Under the pieces are notes generated by a model that did no database searches, was not told the origin of the DNA, and worked only from the letters and a program-made list of their open reading frames with translations. A DNA stretch of 40,000 nt, from sequence record NC_055889.1; one strand, given 5' to 3'. Shown here one piece after another: positions 13,617-23,337 of the stretch (position 1 is the first letter of the stretch; every line of letters begins with the position of its first letter). Made by a program: the position numbers and the translations under genes. Source of the DNA: an uncultured phage cr53_1.

Positions 13617-14268
13617 TCTTACTTAATTCTATAGTTACTATTTTAGGTCTTTCTCTTTCAAGATAACTGTCAGTTAGTATACTACAATTATATTGATTTA
13701 AATGACCATATGATATACCATCATGCCAATGCCCAAAAAAATGATGCTTATACTTACCAAAACAGTAATGTTCAAGCTTTTCATTATAATTAGGATTTTC
13801 ATGAGTAATAAGTATATCACAGTTTTGTATCTTTTCATATGGGCATATATACTCATCGTATTCATTCTGAGTATCTTCAAATGCCCACGTTTGCCAATGT
13901 ATAGGAGCTATCCAAGGAGTTCCATAAAAGGTTATTCCTTCATATTCATATAGTTCATCAACAAGAAATACTACTTTATCGTTAGTTAAAGTTGACATCT
14001 TAATTTTAAAATCTTGCCAACTTAAATCTTCTACAATATCATTGATAAGATTTTCTATATAAATATCATGATTTCCTGGAACTACAATTACCTTTTTACA
14101 CGGTAATTTATCTACCCAATTGACAAAAGTAATAGACCAGAATTTATCTGATTCTTCGTTATCTCTCTGAGCAAGTAAATTCACTACATCACCTGCTATA
14201 CATAACACATCACATTCTGGTATATTAATTAAATGACCATGTATATCACTTATTGCGCAGATTTTCAT
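13606..14268 (-). CDS. Calcineurin-like metallophosphoesterase
   Basis: ISDIHGH...DVLCIAGDVV...VVPGNHD...ILITHENP...HHFFGHWHDG motifs. Confidence 0.9.
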   Translation of the reverse strand: MKICAISDIHGHLINIPECDVLCIAGDVVNLLAQRDNEESDKFWSITFVNWVDKLPCKKVIVVPGNHDIYIENLINDIVEDLSWQDFKIKMSTLTNDKVVFLVDELYEYEGITFYGTPWIAPIHWQTWAFEDTQNEYDEYICPYEKIQNCDILITHENPNYNEKLEHYCFGKYKHHFFGHWHDGISYGHLNQYNCSILTDSYLERERPKIVTIELSKNDN

Positions 14269-14316
14269 GGTATAAAGTTTTAGTTAGTTTATATATAATT
14301 ATACTATAAAATAGTA

Positions 14317-14577
14317 TCATTTCTTTAGTTTTTTTATTAACTCATCTACCTCCTTCTGATTATGAACTATATAGAAATTGACTCCTATATTATTACTATA
14401 TAGGTAATATCTAAATAGTTTCTCTCTTAAAGGCCAAGCTTCATTAGGGTATCCTTTACATTCAATAACAAAGTTATCTCCTACAAAGTCAGGTAGATAA
14501 GTCATTGCTCTATACTTTTTATTATCAAAAGTAAAAGCTGGAAGTAGTTCATATCGATGCATCTCGTAATCTGCCAT
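14317..14577 (-). CDS. Small PD-(D/E)XK/DUF1064-like nuclease (possible resolvase)
   Basis: YLPDFVGDNFVIECKGYPNEAWPLREKLFRYYL. Confidence 0.6.
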   Translation of the reverse strand: MADYEMHRYELLPAFTFDNKKYRAMTYLPDFVGDNFVIECKGYPNEAWPLREKLFRYYLYSNNIGVNFYIVHNQKEVDELIKKLKK

Positions 14578-14647
14578 GATATTTGCTTCTTTCAGCTTTT
14601 TATATGTATAAGTTTCAAGTTTACTACGAAATTTAATCCCATTATAT

Positions 14648-15655
14648 TCATTTGGAGTTGCATTCCGTACCTTGCCTTCTTTTTTCTTTCTCTATCTCTT
14701 CATATATCCATAATTTTATAGATTCAAAAGAATTTGCTTTAATAGCATCTGAAATATCTTTTGCCTTCCATTTCTTATGTACTAAGAATGGTTTTAAGCC
14801 TGTTTTAAGGCTTATTTTACGAAGATATTTACAACCAGCTTCATCTCTATCGAAGCAAATTAAAATTGTCTTAAAACGCTTCTTAAGCTGGTTTAGAGCC
14901 TTATCTGGGATAAATGTAGACTCTGATGATGGGCTTATTGCTGGAATACCCATCTCATATAAACACATGACGTCTTTCATACTCTTTGTAATAATGAGTA
15001 TATCTCCAGTTTTAGGTAACTGTTTAAACCCCTGAATGTCGTTCTCAGTCAGGTTATTACGCCACTTTGTATATTTATCTGCTAAAGGTCTATATATCTT
15101 AAAATTGTTATAGACCTTATAAGCATACATAGGATTACTATCCTTGTAAATACCCTTTACAACTCCGTTACATAGATAATATTTTATACTACTTACTCCA
15201 AATTTCTTTAGAGTAGTGGTAGAAATATTAAACTGAGACCAGTAATTGATATCTGTTAGAGTAAAGTCTTGTCTTACAATACCAATTACTGTCTCGGTTG
15301 ACGGTATATATTGCTTAGAGCTAACGAGTTTCGTATCATTAGTAATTTTAAGTTTATTAACTATATCATTGAGTATATCTGAATAGTTAGTTAGTCCTGT
15401 GAATAGTGATACAAACTTAATTATATTACCACATTCTCCAGTACCATGGTCTTTAAACATTAACTGTTTAGTTTTTTTACTATAATAACATCCAAAAGAA
15501 GGTGTCTTATCCTTTCTTAATGGTGAATTATATATCATGCCTACTTTAAAATTACCAATATACGCTGCATATATATCATACTCAGTTACTTTAGATAATA
15601 TCCAATCTAAAGTAATACTCACATTATCTTTTATTTTTGTTGTATCGTAAATCAT
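14648..15655 (-). CDS. DnaG-type DNA primase
   Basis: N-terminal NSPLRKDKTPSFGCYY...GECGNIIKFV zinc-domain pattern and TOPRIM-like LIITKSMKDVMCLYEMGIPAIS...TILICFDRDEAGCKY. Confidence 0.85.
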   Translation of the reverse strand: MIYDTTKIKDNVSITLDWILSKVTEYDIYAAYIGNFKVGMIYNSPLRKDKTPSFGCYYSKKTKQLMFKDHGTGECGNIIKFVSLFTGLTNYSDILNDIVNKLKITNDTKLVSSKQYIPSTETVIGIVRQDFTLTDINYWSQFNISTTTLKKFGVSSIKYYLCNGVVKGIYKDSNPMYAYKVYNNFKIYRPLADKYTKWRNNLTENDIQGFKQLPKTGDILIITKSMKDVMCLYEMGIPAISPSSESTFIPDKALNQLKKRFKTILICFDRDEAGCKYLRKISLKTGLKPFLVHKKWKAKDISDAIKANSFESIKLWIYEEIEKEKRRQGTECNSK

Positions 15656-15668
15656 ATGATATATTTTT

Positions 15669-15964
15669 AGTGATAGCTAAGGAATCGAACCTTAATTAAC
15701 CATTACTATCATAAAACGTGAGTGCATGCTATCCCTATTCTATGAATTTTGATGCCTCCGTCACACCTCGCATTCGGCGTATTACCGTCGATTGCTTCTT
15801 ATCTCACATAGCGGCATGCTACTCACGTATCGCTATATTACTCTGGCAGGATACTGTAAGCTCATAGCCCATTACGACTGATTACCGGTTTCCCTGTATC
15901 CTCTTACGCAAATGTTAAAGCTTTCACCAGTGCCTAGCGTAGGCAGCTTAAGAGTTATCTACTA
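15669..15964 (-). ncRNA. Candidate structured intergenic RNA ending in a minimal tRNA-like element
   Basis: No ORF; 14-bp long-range stem 716-729/814-828 (one bulge), CTCTTA/TAAGAG, GCCTA/TAGGC and GGATAC/GTATCC pairings on the minus strand; T-arm GG-TTCGATT-CC at the 3' end. Confidence 0.55.
15671..15711 (-). other. tRNA-like element: 7-bp acceptor-like stem and T-arm, with no D or anticodon arm
   Basis: Minus strand TGATAGT-AATGGTTAAT-TAAGG-TTCGATT-CCTTA-GCTATCA; TGATAGT/GCTATCA pair 7/7 (one G.U). Confidence 0.5.
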
Positions 15965-16594
15965 TTAGAAAGGTAAATCATCACTAGGCTGATCACTTAC
16001 AGTAGTAGTAAGAGGGTTAACCTCTTTAACTTCCTTATCTGCAACAATTGGCTTAGTAAATTGATCGATACCTGTAATTTCTCTAATCATGCTTTCATTC
16101 TTACCTTCTTCATAGAAACCCATAGGAATATTCATAGGTTCAATAGAAGCAAACTTAACATAACTAGGAAGTGTAGTATAACCCTTATCATTATAAACTA
16201 TTTTTACTTTAAGTAAAATATCTTTATTAGCACTATTAAGCATTGTTACTACCCAGTTAGCAAATTCTTTATAAGAACTGCCACTGAACGCTAATACATT
16301 CTTAGGATAGAAACACTTAAGTATACGCATAATACGAGTTACCTGGTTAGTAGCTTTACTTTGATTCTGTTCTTCAGTATCACTTTCACGAACAGCTGGT
16401 TCCCATTCAGTATGAACAAGACTCTTACTATCTTTTTCAAAAGTAAATTCAATGAACTTCTTCCCTGTAGGAGACTCTGCAAACTTTGCGGATACAAACT
16501 TAACATTGTCATGAATACCTGCTTCCAAGTACTTAGTATTATTACTATTATCTGACAACTTTACTTCATTTGCTAATTCTGTACTAAATATCAT
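15965..16594 (-). CDS. Hypothetical replication-module protein, possibly a ssDNA-binding protein
   Basis: 209 aa with an acidic C-terminus (...PSDDLPF), located between primase and ATPase genes. Confidence 0.4.
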   Translation of the reverse strand: MIFSTELANEVKLSDNSNNTKYLEAGIHDNVKFVSAKFAESPTGKKFIEFTFEKDSKSLVHTEWEPAVRESDTEEQNQSKATNQVTRIMRILKCFYPKNVLAFSGSSYKEFANWVVTMLNSANKDILLKVKIVYNDKGYTTLPSYVKFASIEPMNIPMGFYEEGKNESMIREITGIDQFTKPIVADKEVKEVNPLTTTVSDQPSDDLPF

Positions 16595-16610
16595 AATATC
16601 TTATTTTTAA

Positions 16611-17351
16611 TTATTCAGGTAAATAAACTTTATTCCAATAAGCAGTAATGTTATTATTTTCATCACTCTCTGCTACTACTATATTCTTTCCTCTTAAATG
16701 CGGTGCTCTAGCTTCAATAACGGAATTATCTCCACCTTCAAATGAGATATGTGTCTCATTCTTCTTTCTATATACATAGCCAACAGCATCTGCTTCGCCA
16801 CATATAATATTTGCTAATGCACCTACTAAATCAAGAGACATTTCTGCCATTTCTTCACCATTCTTATTAATCAACTTATCTTTAGTATGACCAATAAGTA
16901 TAAAGTTATCACATAATCCACGGAACATGTCGATAACTTTTCTTACAGCCTGTCTTATATATAAATAACCAGACCCATTAGGTAATGTTCTTAAATCTGT
17001 ACCTTCGTACTTTTTACCCATTGGAGTAGCTTTATAAAGCTGTATAGCAAAGCTCATACACATCTCTTCTAGACGTGTAGCATTATCTATAGTAATATAT
17101 TTATAAGGATATTTACCAGTTTCCTTTTTAATCTCTCTTATTGCATTAGCTATATCACCTAAATCTTTTACAGATCTAGCTTGAACAGCTAATGCCTCTA
17201 AGAACTCTGAACCACCTTCTAAATCAATAATTAGATTGTTATCCAGTGCTGCAACTAAAGTAGTTTTCCCAGCTTTTGGTTTACCAAATAAAATCAAAAA
17301 TCTAGGATTTTCTACTTTAGCTTTTACTTTCTCTTTTGGTAATACAATCAT
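16611..17351 (-). CDS. RecA-like/AAA_24 phage ATPase (Sak4-type)
   Basis: PRFLILFGKPKAGKTTLVAAL Walker A, NNLIIDLEGGSEFL, YKYITIDNATRLEEM Walker B-like. Confidence 0.8.
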   Translation of the reverse strand: MIVLPKEKVKAKVENPRFLILFGKPKAGKTTLVAALDNNLIIDLEGGSEFLEALAVQARSVKDLGDIANAIREIKKETGKYPYKYITIDNATRLEEMCMSFAIQLYKATPMGKKYEGTDLRTLPNGSGYLYIRQAVRKVIDMFRGLCDNFILIGHTKDKLINKNGEEMAEMSLDLVGALANIICGEADAVGYVYRKKNETHISFEGGDNSVIEARAPHLRGKNIVVAESDENNNITAYWNKVYLPE

Positions 17352-17425
17352 AAAAGCTTTTATTTTTTTGTATTCCTCTGATAAAGTTCTGATAATTTCT
17401 GATAATATGGAATAAGATATTTTAA

Positions 17426-17941
17426 TTAAAACAAACCACGTTTCTTAATATTAATCGTGATATCGATAATAGTTTTCTTTGTCTTCGGTTTTAAATAGTT
17501 CAAAGAACCAAATGCAATAGGAATTACTTCATAACCAATCTGTACGAAGTTATCAAAGATTTTAACCGGAGTACCAAACTCATCTTTAAAGTCATAGTCA
17601 ACATCAAACGGACAATGTTCCTTTGCATAAATATCAAGTGCATTAATAGCCTTGAAGAATTCTGTTTCTAAATCGAAATTAATTACATTATCTCCCCAAC
17701 ACTTAAACGGACAATTAGCACATTCCTTCGGCAACCATCCAATATTATGAGTCTTACTCAAACCTAAAGTAATAATATCACCTGCACCAGCATATTCGAT
17801 GCCATAACTGCAGGAAGGATAATCACTCTTACTTTCTACAGTCATCCAAGGATAAGCGTTAATTACTCGGTCCATTAAAGACTCCTTATATGTTTTTGCA
17901 CTCTTAGTATTTTTCGGTAATGTAAATGTATATGATTTCAT
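17426..17941 (-). CDS. Hypothetical replication-module protein with Cys residues
   Basis: 171 aa ORF containing ECANCPFKCWGDN. Confidence 0.5.
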   Translation of the reverse strand: MKSYTFTLPKNTKSAKTYKESLMDRVINAYPWMTVESKSDYPSCSYGIEYAGAGDIITLGLSKTHNIGWLPKECANCPFKCWGDNVINFDLETEFFKAINALDIYAKEHCPFDVDYDFKDEFGTPVKIFDNFVQIGYEVIPIAFGSLNYLKPKTKKTIIDITINIKKRGLF

Positions 17942-17955
17942 AATTTTCAGCCTTT

Positions 17956-18936
17956 TTAATTGTTATTACTAAACGAAATCTTCCTTACTGGTTCATCTTC
18001 TCGTATAGTCTCAATTAAGTTATTGTATTTAAGGTCATTATCAAACTCAAGTATAGAACATTCACCTGCATCTCTATTCTTTAGAATATGCAAATAAACT
18101 TTATCTCTTACTGGTAGACGATTTGGTCCATAACTCTGTATATTGAGTAGCTCTGGCCTATGAATACATATAACGTAATCTGATGCATGAAAGATAGTAT
18201 CAGCAGAAGATATATCGCTACGCATTGGATAATGCATAGATGGATTATTAATTCTTTCAGGATTTTCGATATTACGATTCATCTGTGATAACTGTATTAT
18301 TGTAGTATCTGGAAACTTTTTTACTCTAATAAACAGTTTCTGTAAATCGGAAATCACTTGTAGTGCACTTTCACGATTTTGACCTTCAACAAGTAGAGTA
18401 TGATCAAGTATGATCACAAATTTTTTGCCTTTAGCTTTATTTTCGTAAAAGTAATCAATGGTAGATGCTATATCTGCAACAGTACCCGGTGTATCTACAT
18501 AATATATCGGATATGATTTTATCTGTTGAGAAGTTTCTTCTACTTCTTCTAATAGTGTATTGTCTAAATCACTACTAGAACTATATAGCTGAGCAGTAGT
18601 TTGCCTTAACTTACTGCTCAATTTTCTACCTACTTGTCTAGAACTTAACATTTCAAATGAAAAATTAAGTACTACTACATCCTGATTAGAATTTAAGTCT
18701 ATTAAATCACTTTCAAGCGTATTTACAAATGAACTTTTACCACTACCAGATATACCTACAATGGTATATATAGTATTAGGTTCAATACCACCCATACAGG
18801 ATTTATTGAACTTATTCCATCTAGTACGTAAAGAAACAATCTCATGATTCTTTCTCTTACGGATATATTCTACTGCTTCATTAGTAGCAGAGGATATATG
18901 TCTAAATGTTAGTACTTTAGTAGATATCTGCTCCAT
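17956..18936 (-). CDS. DnaB-like replicative helicase
   Basis: CMGGIEPNTIYTIVGISGSGKSSFVNTLE, VVLNFSFEM, FVIILDHTLLV, TTIIQLSQMNRN. Confidence 0.85.
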   Translation of the reverse strand: MEQISTKVLTFRHISSATNEAVEYIRKRKNHEIVSLRTRWNKFNKSCMGGIEPNTIYTIVGISGSGKSSFVNTLESDLIDLNSNQDVVVLNFSFEMLSSRQVGRKLSSKLRQTTAQLYSSSSDLDNTLLEEVEETSQQIKSYPIYYVDTPGTVADIASTIDYFYENKAKGKKFVIILDHTLLVEGQNRESALQVISDLQKLFIRVKKFPDTTIIQLSQMNRNIENPERINNPSMHYPMRSDISSADTIFHASDYVICIHRPELLNIQSYGPNRLPVRDKVYLHILKNRDAGECSILEFDNDLKYNNLIETIREDEPVRKISFSNNN

Positions 18937-19486
18937 AATTATAGTAATTTTGGTTAGGAGTTTCTACTTTCATTTGTTCCTCAATAGTTTCCCACTCGTG
19001 TTGAGTGAGCCATTTCCACATAGTTTTCATATAACCTATTTTACCTGTACGCATACGCTCATCTATTTCATATTTTAAACAATCCATAATGTGTTCATGC
19101 ATTGCTTTAGACTTGCCTACGATACGATTATATTCTTTCCTACATTTGTTTACATTAGCTCTGAGAAATCCTTTAGTTCCATCAGGTCTCATAACGTAAA
19201 CTGGAAATTGGTCATAAAACATATCAAACATAGCTTTATCTTCTTTAAGAAGTTCTTCTAGTTTTTCTGTTTTACTTATGACTTGGGTATCTCTATCATA
19301 TTGGATAGAAATTAAACCTTGAGTCTCTAACTCTTGTATTTCTTCTTCATTAACTAGGCTGAGAAGTCTCTGAATGTCTTGATTGATTGTTTTGATATCA
19401 TTCAATACAAGTGTTAGGAATACTAATTGATTAATAGATAAAGTTGGTATTCTATCTAAGATAGAAGTGTCTATTTCTAAAATCAT
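18917..19486 (-). CDS. Hypothetical protein
   Basis: 189 aa ORF overlapping the helicase start. Confidence 0.55.
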   Translation of the reverse strand: MILEIDTSILDRIPTLSINQLVFLTLVLNDIKTINQDIQRLLSLVNEEEIQELETQGLISIQYDRDTQVISKTEKLEELLKEDKAMFDMFYDQFPVYVMRPDGTKGFLRANVNKCRKEYNRIVGKSKAMHEHIMDCLKYEIDERMRTGKIGYMKTMWKWLTQHEWETIEEQMKVETPNQNYYNYGADIY

Positions 19487-19543
19487 AGTCTTATATATTA
19501 TATAAGCTTATGGTTTATCTGAAATATATCTGATAAGCCTCTG

Positions 19544-20278
19544 TTAATCCCATAGGCTCAATTGTAACGGTTTTAAATCTCTGATTATCTTATAGGCTTC
19601 CATAATATAATACCTATAATTAATCTTTCTTTCTTCAATTGGTTTATCATCAAATTTATTTAGAAGAGTAACACCAGATGCAGTAAGCATATTCTGATAC
19701 TGTCTTGCAGAAGCCTTATATTTACGTTCTCCTACGTATGGCTCAGTATATGTTATAATTTCACCTTCTTTATGGCCAGTATCTTTCCATTTCCATAAGT
19801 ATCCACCATTAGTAGATGCATAGAAACGATTAGTTCTCTGTTGCTCTTCGTTCATATATTCAACATGCCATTGTTTACCAGTTTTCTCAGACATTAGAAA
19901 ATCTCTTATATCTGTACAATTCTTAATTGTATCTTCAACCGGTATTCCGTCTTTAAAGAAACTTATTACTGCTTTAGGTATAATCTTTGGAGTTAATCCT
20001 TTACCTAATTTTACAGCAGTAATAAACATTCCTTTTTCTTTTACTTTGTTATCTTCAGTAATAGCAAAATAATCATTAATAGCATATTGATACATTGCTT
20101 TAAAACGATCTTCTTCTAAAGTAAGTTTAGTAAGCTGTTCCCATTCTCTACAAATACTGTTTACTTTAGAATATACATCTTTCTTTAGTAAGACGAACAA
20201 ACCGTCAGTATTTGCTTGGACGATTCGGCATCCAATTTGAGTTAATTTTTCAGCTAACATAAGTAATAGTAACTGTCC
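19544..20278 (-). CDS. Family B DNA polymerase, 3' exon (motif C)
   Basis: ...GQLLLLMLAEKLTQIGCRIVQANTDGLFVLL..., extended 5' of the annotated ATG by in-frame GGA CAG TTA CTA TTA CTT; NTDG is the motif C equivalent. Confidence 0.85.
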   Translation of the reverse strand, partial: GQLLLLMLAEKLTQIGCRIVQANTDGLFVLLKKDVYSKVNSICREWEQLTKLTLEEDRFKAMYQYAINDYFAITEDNKVKEKGMFITAVKLGKGLTPKIIPKAVISFFKDGIPVEDTIKNCTDIRDFLMSEKTGKQWHVEYMNEEQQRTNRFYASTNGGYLWKWKDTGHKEGEIITYTEPYVGERKYKASARQYQNMLTASGVTLLNKFDDKPIEERKINYRYYIMEAYKIIRDLKPLQLSLWD

Positions 20279-21114
20279 GTTGATTCTACATAATATTCTA
20301 TATAAGACGCAACTCTCATATACGTTCTCTTATGAACTGCTGCATATCACTATGCAGATTAGACTATATCATCTCCTTTTACTTAAGCAGCAGTCAGGAG
20401 TTCCCCGTTTCCATTACCATTAGCTTGTAATGTACTCTCTTTCGAGATAGTCGTTGAACTTTTTATATAATTGTTATATATAGATTTAACTTTATTTATA
20501 AAATCTTCTTTAGAAAATTTATTTTTCATTATATTACACATTTTACAGCATGGCACACAGTTTTCTTTAAAATATCCTTTAGTAGTATCTACTCTATCAA
20601 TACCTGTAATTTTCTCATGCTTATCTCTATAACTAGATGTTTTTGTTATATCTGGAGCTTCTCCACAATATATACACGATTGTGTAATTATATTTTTGAA
20701 TTCTTCTTCTGATAAATTCCATTCTATATTTCTTTGTTTTGCATTATTCTTATAATGTGTGAATACATTGTAAAGTAATGTATTTAAACATTTACCATGC
20801 CTATTGTGAATACAATTTCTACATTTTAAATTTTCAAAATTGTGTATACAATCTTTTTTTCTAGAAAATATTTCACCGCATTTTTTACATTGAATTAAAT
20901 AATATAGATGAGTTCTATTACTTTTCTCATAACGTTCTTCATCAAATTTAATTATCTTGAATTTATCATTTTCTAATTCTAAAGTTTTATCTAATAATTT
21001 CATAATTATATAACTTAGTTACTGATTGTCCTTTTATATTAAAAACGTATAATACTAAAGGATGTTCCAGTAATTAAAGGAATTTTTTTCTATATATTTC
21101 TATATAGGCAGACC
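20279..21114 (-). other. Group I intron in the polymerase gene (boundaries approximate)
   Basis: Splits the polymerase between motif B (LKLALNGLSG) and motif C; P7-like GACTAT (20447-20452) pairs with ATAGTC (20362-20367) in the classic GATATAGTCT context; contains an HNH ORF. Confidence 0.8.
20383..21003 (-). CDS. HNH homing endonuclease inside the intron
   Basis: CKKCGEIF, CIYCGEAP, ITGIDRVDTTKGYFKENCVPCCKMCNIMK. Confidence 0.85.
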   Translation of the reverse strand: MKLLDKTLELENDKFKIIKFDEERYEKSNRTHLYYLIQCKKCGEIFSRKKDCIHNFENLKCRNCIHNRHGKCLNTLLYNVFTHYKNNAKQRNIEWNLSEEEFKNIITQSCIYCGEAPDITKTSSYRDKHEKITGIDRVDTTKGYFKENCVPCCKMCNIMKNKFSKEDFINKVKSIYNNYIKSSTTISKESTLQANGNGNGELLTAA

Positions 21115-22356
21115 AAAATTAATCTGCATTACTGCAAACGGACTATAACAGAAATTATGTTCATTCTGTAAGTTACCTGATAAACCATTTAAAGCTAACT
21201 TTAAAGTTTCGTTCTTTACTTTATCACCATTGTGTTTAGCTTCAATTCGCTCATCTTTAATTTGCTTATATACTTCTAAGAATTCTTTACCTAAATGTTT
21301 AGGATAGAATTCATATTCTATAAGCATACTTGGATATAGAGAAGCTACATCTATATCTATGAGCATTTCATCATCTCTAGGAATAATAATCTCAGGACTA
21401 TTTACAGAGTGAATACCTCCTACTCCTACAGAATAGCGTAAATTATTAAATACAAATTTATTTTCATATCCTTTTCTACCTGGAGATACTATCTGATTTT
21501 TCATATCATCTAATACTCTTTGTAAAATAGGACTATCATATTTAATAAATGGTAATATTACATCTTTCAATGGTATTACGCTCATTGGAGATCTTAAATC
21601 TTTAATATCCTGCCAAGTTAAACCTGTCTTTTCTAGATATTTCTGAGTTAAAATCTTCATTCCAATGTTTACACCGTCTTTACTGAGTACTCTTACTCCA
21701 TATTCATCTTCGATAGCGATTCGTAAATCAACGTCTTTCTTACATCTATTTAGTAATTCTGAAGTAGATTCAATATCATTGATATTATAATCTATCATAG
21801 AGTCAAAATCTTCTAAAGGAAGTGGTTTAGTCCAATCACATACAAATTCCTGTACATTAGGATATTGCATTGTTACTTGTATTTCCTTTAAACCTACTCT
21901 AAGTTTATTAGAATATAACATAGTAAGAATATCAAAAGTATCAAACCATATTTGATACTTCCAATGTTTCCATGCATCTATGTTATCTTCGCTTGAAGTA
22001 GTTATGGTCTTACTTAGATTAAATATAGAACTACATATAGTAGGTATATTATATTGCATTAATTTATCCTCATACTCAATTATATAATTAATTATAGGAT
22101 TATCATAATGCAAATTATTATAGCCACAAAATATAACATTAGCTGGAATGTTAATATTTGTAGTATAATAATCTCCCCAAGTAATGTATTTATCTACTTG
22201 TTTAAAGAACTTAACTAATTCTCTTAGTTGATTTTTTCTTTCTGATATCTCAAACTTATAGATGTTGTTTGTTTCTGTATTTTTTACCGAACAATGAAAG
22301 ATATTTTGAAATACCTCAATATCATATACGTAGACTATTTTTCCTCGTATAATCAT
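21115..22356 (-). CDS. Family B DNA polymerase, 5' exon (exonuclease domain, motifs A and B)
   Basis: MIIRGKIVYVYDIEVFQNIF, VIFCGYNNLHYDNPII, LIDIDVASLYPSMLIEYEFYP, LKLALNGLSGNL. The annotated start at 22434 is likely wrong: its first 26 codons overlap a tRNA-like gene, and an ATG lies at 22356. Confidence 0.85.
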
Positions 22357-22377
22357 ATTATAAGTATTTAAAGTTAG

Positions 22378-22448
22378 ATCCCATGGTTGGACTCGAACCA
22401 ACGCAATCACACTACATAGTAGCGGCTCTACCACTGAGCTACATGAGA
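22378..22448 (-). tRNA. tRNA-like gene with an atypical anticodon arm; anticodon not assignable
   Basis: Acceptor TCTCATG/CATGGGA, D-arm GCTC-AGTGGTA-GAGC and T-arm GTTGG-TTCGAGT-CCAAC all pair, but GCTAC-TATGTAG-TGTGA does not form a 5-bp anticodon stem. Confidence 0.6.
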
Positions 22449-22485
22449 AACCAGTTTAAGTTATGGAAACAGAAATATTATGTTT

Positions 22486-23277
22486 TTATGCTGCTAATAA
22501 CTTATTACGACTATAATAAGTTATACTATTATCTCCTTCAATATCTTTTACAGTTACTCCTGTAAATGATGTATCTTTCTTATACTTTTTAGCTAACTTG
22601 GCAGCTTTATTCTTTGCTTCATCTCTAGTAGATGCTTCAAAGTTTCCAGTAGCAAAATCATATACTTTCATATCATTATTAGAGCATTTTCTCTGTATAG
22701 CATATTGAAAGTTTCTTTTGTTAGGCTTTTCTTTAACAGATAGTTCTGCGGCACTAGGAGCCATCTGTTTACCTTTTTTAGGAGTTAAAGGATTATTACG
22801 TACTGATTCATCAAATTTAGCTTGCATAGATTTCTTTGCAAGTTTATCAGCTTTTATTTTCTCTTTGATTTGTTCAGTTGTTAACGTAACTCCCTTAGGT
22901 TTAGTGAACATATTGTTCTTAACTATACGCGTAAAATGTTTCTTCTCTTTACGGGTATATCGTATTGTAGGATCATATCCTGCTTTCATAAGAATATTCT
23001 TGATTAATTCTTTTTTAGATTGTTTTATAGATTTGTTTTCATTCATAGCATCTTTTGCTACTTTAGTAGTATATTCAGACTGCTTCTTGTTTCCTGCCCA
23101 CTTTACAAATTCTATTACTTTCCCATTCTCATCATATTTAATGACTCCAGATGGTCCCGGTTTCTTGCTTACCGTCATTATTTGATAAGCCTTATAGCTT
23201 CTACGAAACTTATTTTTATTACTTCTATGATTCTTTATACCGGTTCTCTTATTTTTCTTTGCTAATATCTTTTTCAT
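22486..23277 (-). CDS. Hypothetical basic protein
   Basis: 263 aa, Lys/Arg-rich. Confidence 0.6.
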   Translation of the reverse strand: MKKILAKKNKRTGIKNHRSNKNKFRRSYKAYQIMTVSKKPGPSGVIKYDENGKVIEFVKWAGNKKQSEYTTKVAKDAMNENKSIKQSKKELIKNILMKAGYDPTIRYTRKEKKHFTRIVKNNMFTKPKGVTLTTEQIKEKIKADKLAKKSMQAKFDESVRNNPLTPKKGKQMAPSAAELSVKEKPNKRNFQYAIQRKCSNNDMKVYDFATGNFEASTRDEAKNKAAKLAKKYKKDTSFTGVTVKDIEGDNSITYYSRNKLLAA

Positions 23278-23337
23278 AATTTTGATAATTAAAATGTTAA
23301 TACTAATTTAAAGGGGATTTACCCCTTTAAATATTAT

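Noticed and set aside
13698-13953. + strand ORFs opposite the metallophosphoesterase, and others opposite primase, 16361, 22718, 23020, 24022, 25326, 29547, 30533, 31251 and 35898
   Set aside because: Antisense to better-supported minus-strand genes; low-complexity, hydrophobic or unlikely translations.
15712-15726. 15-mer gcactcacgttttat (minus strand) also present near 39873 on the + strand
   Set aside because: One match of this length is expected by chance in 40 kb of AT-rich sequence and there is no shared structure around it.
15669-15964. RNase P RNA or tmRNA
   Set aside because: No GAGGAAAGTCC-type P4 region and no GGGGCTG/TTCGAC tmRNA 5' signature. The T-arm end alone is not enough.
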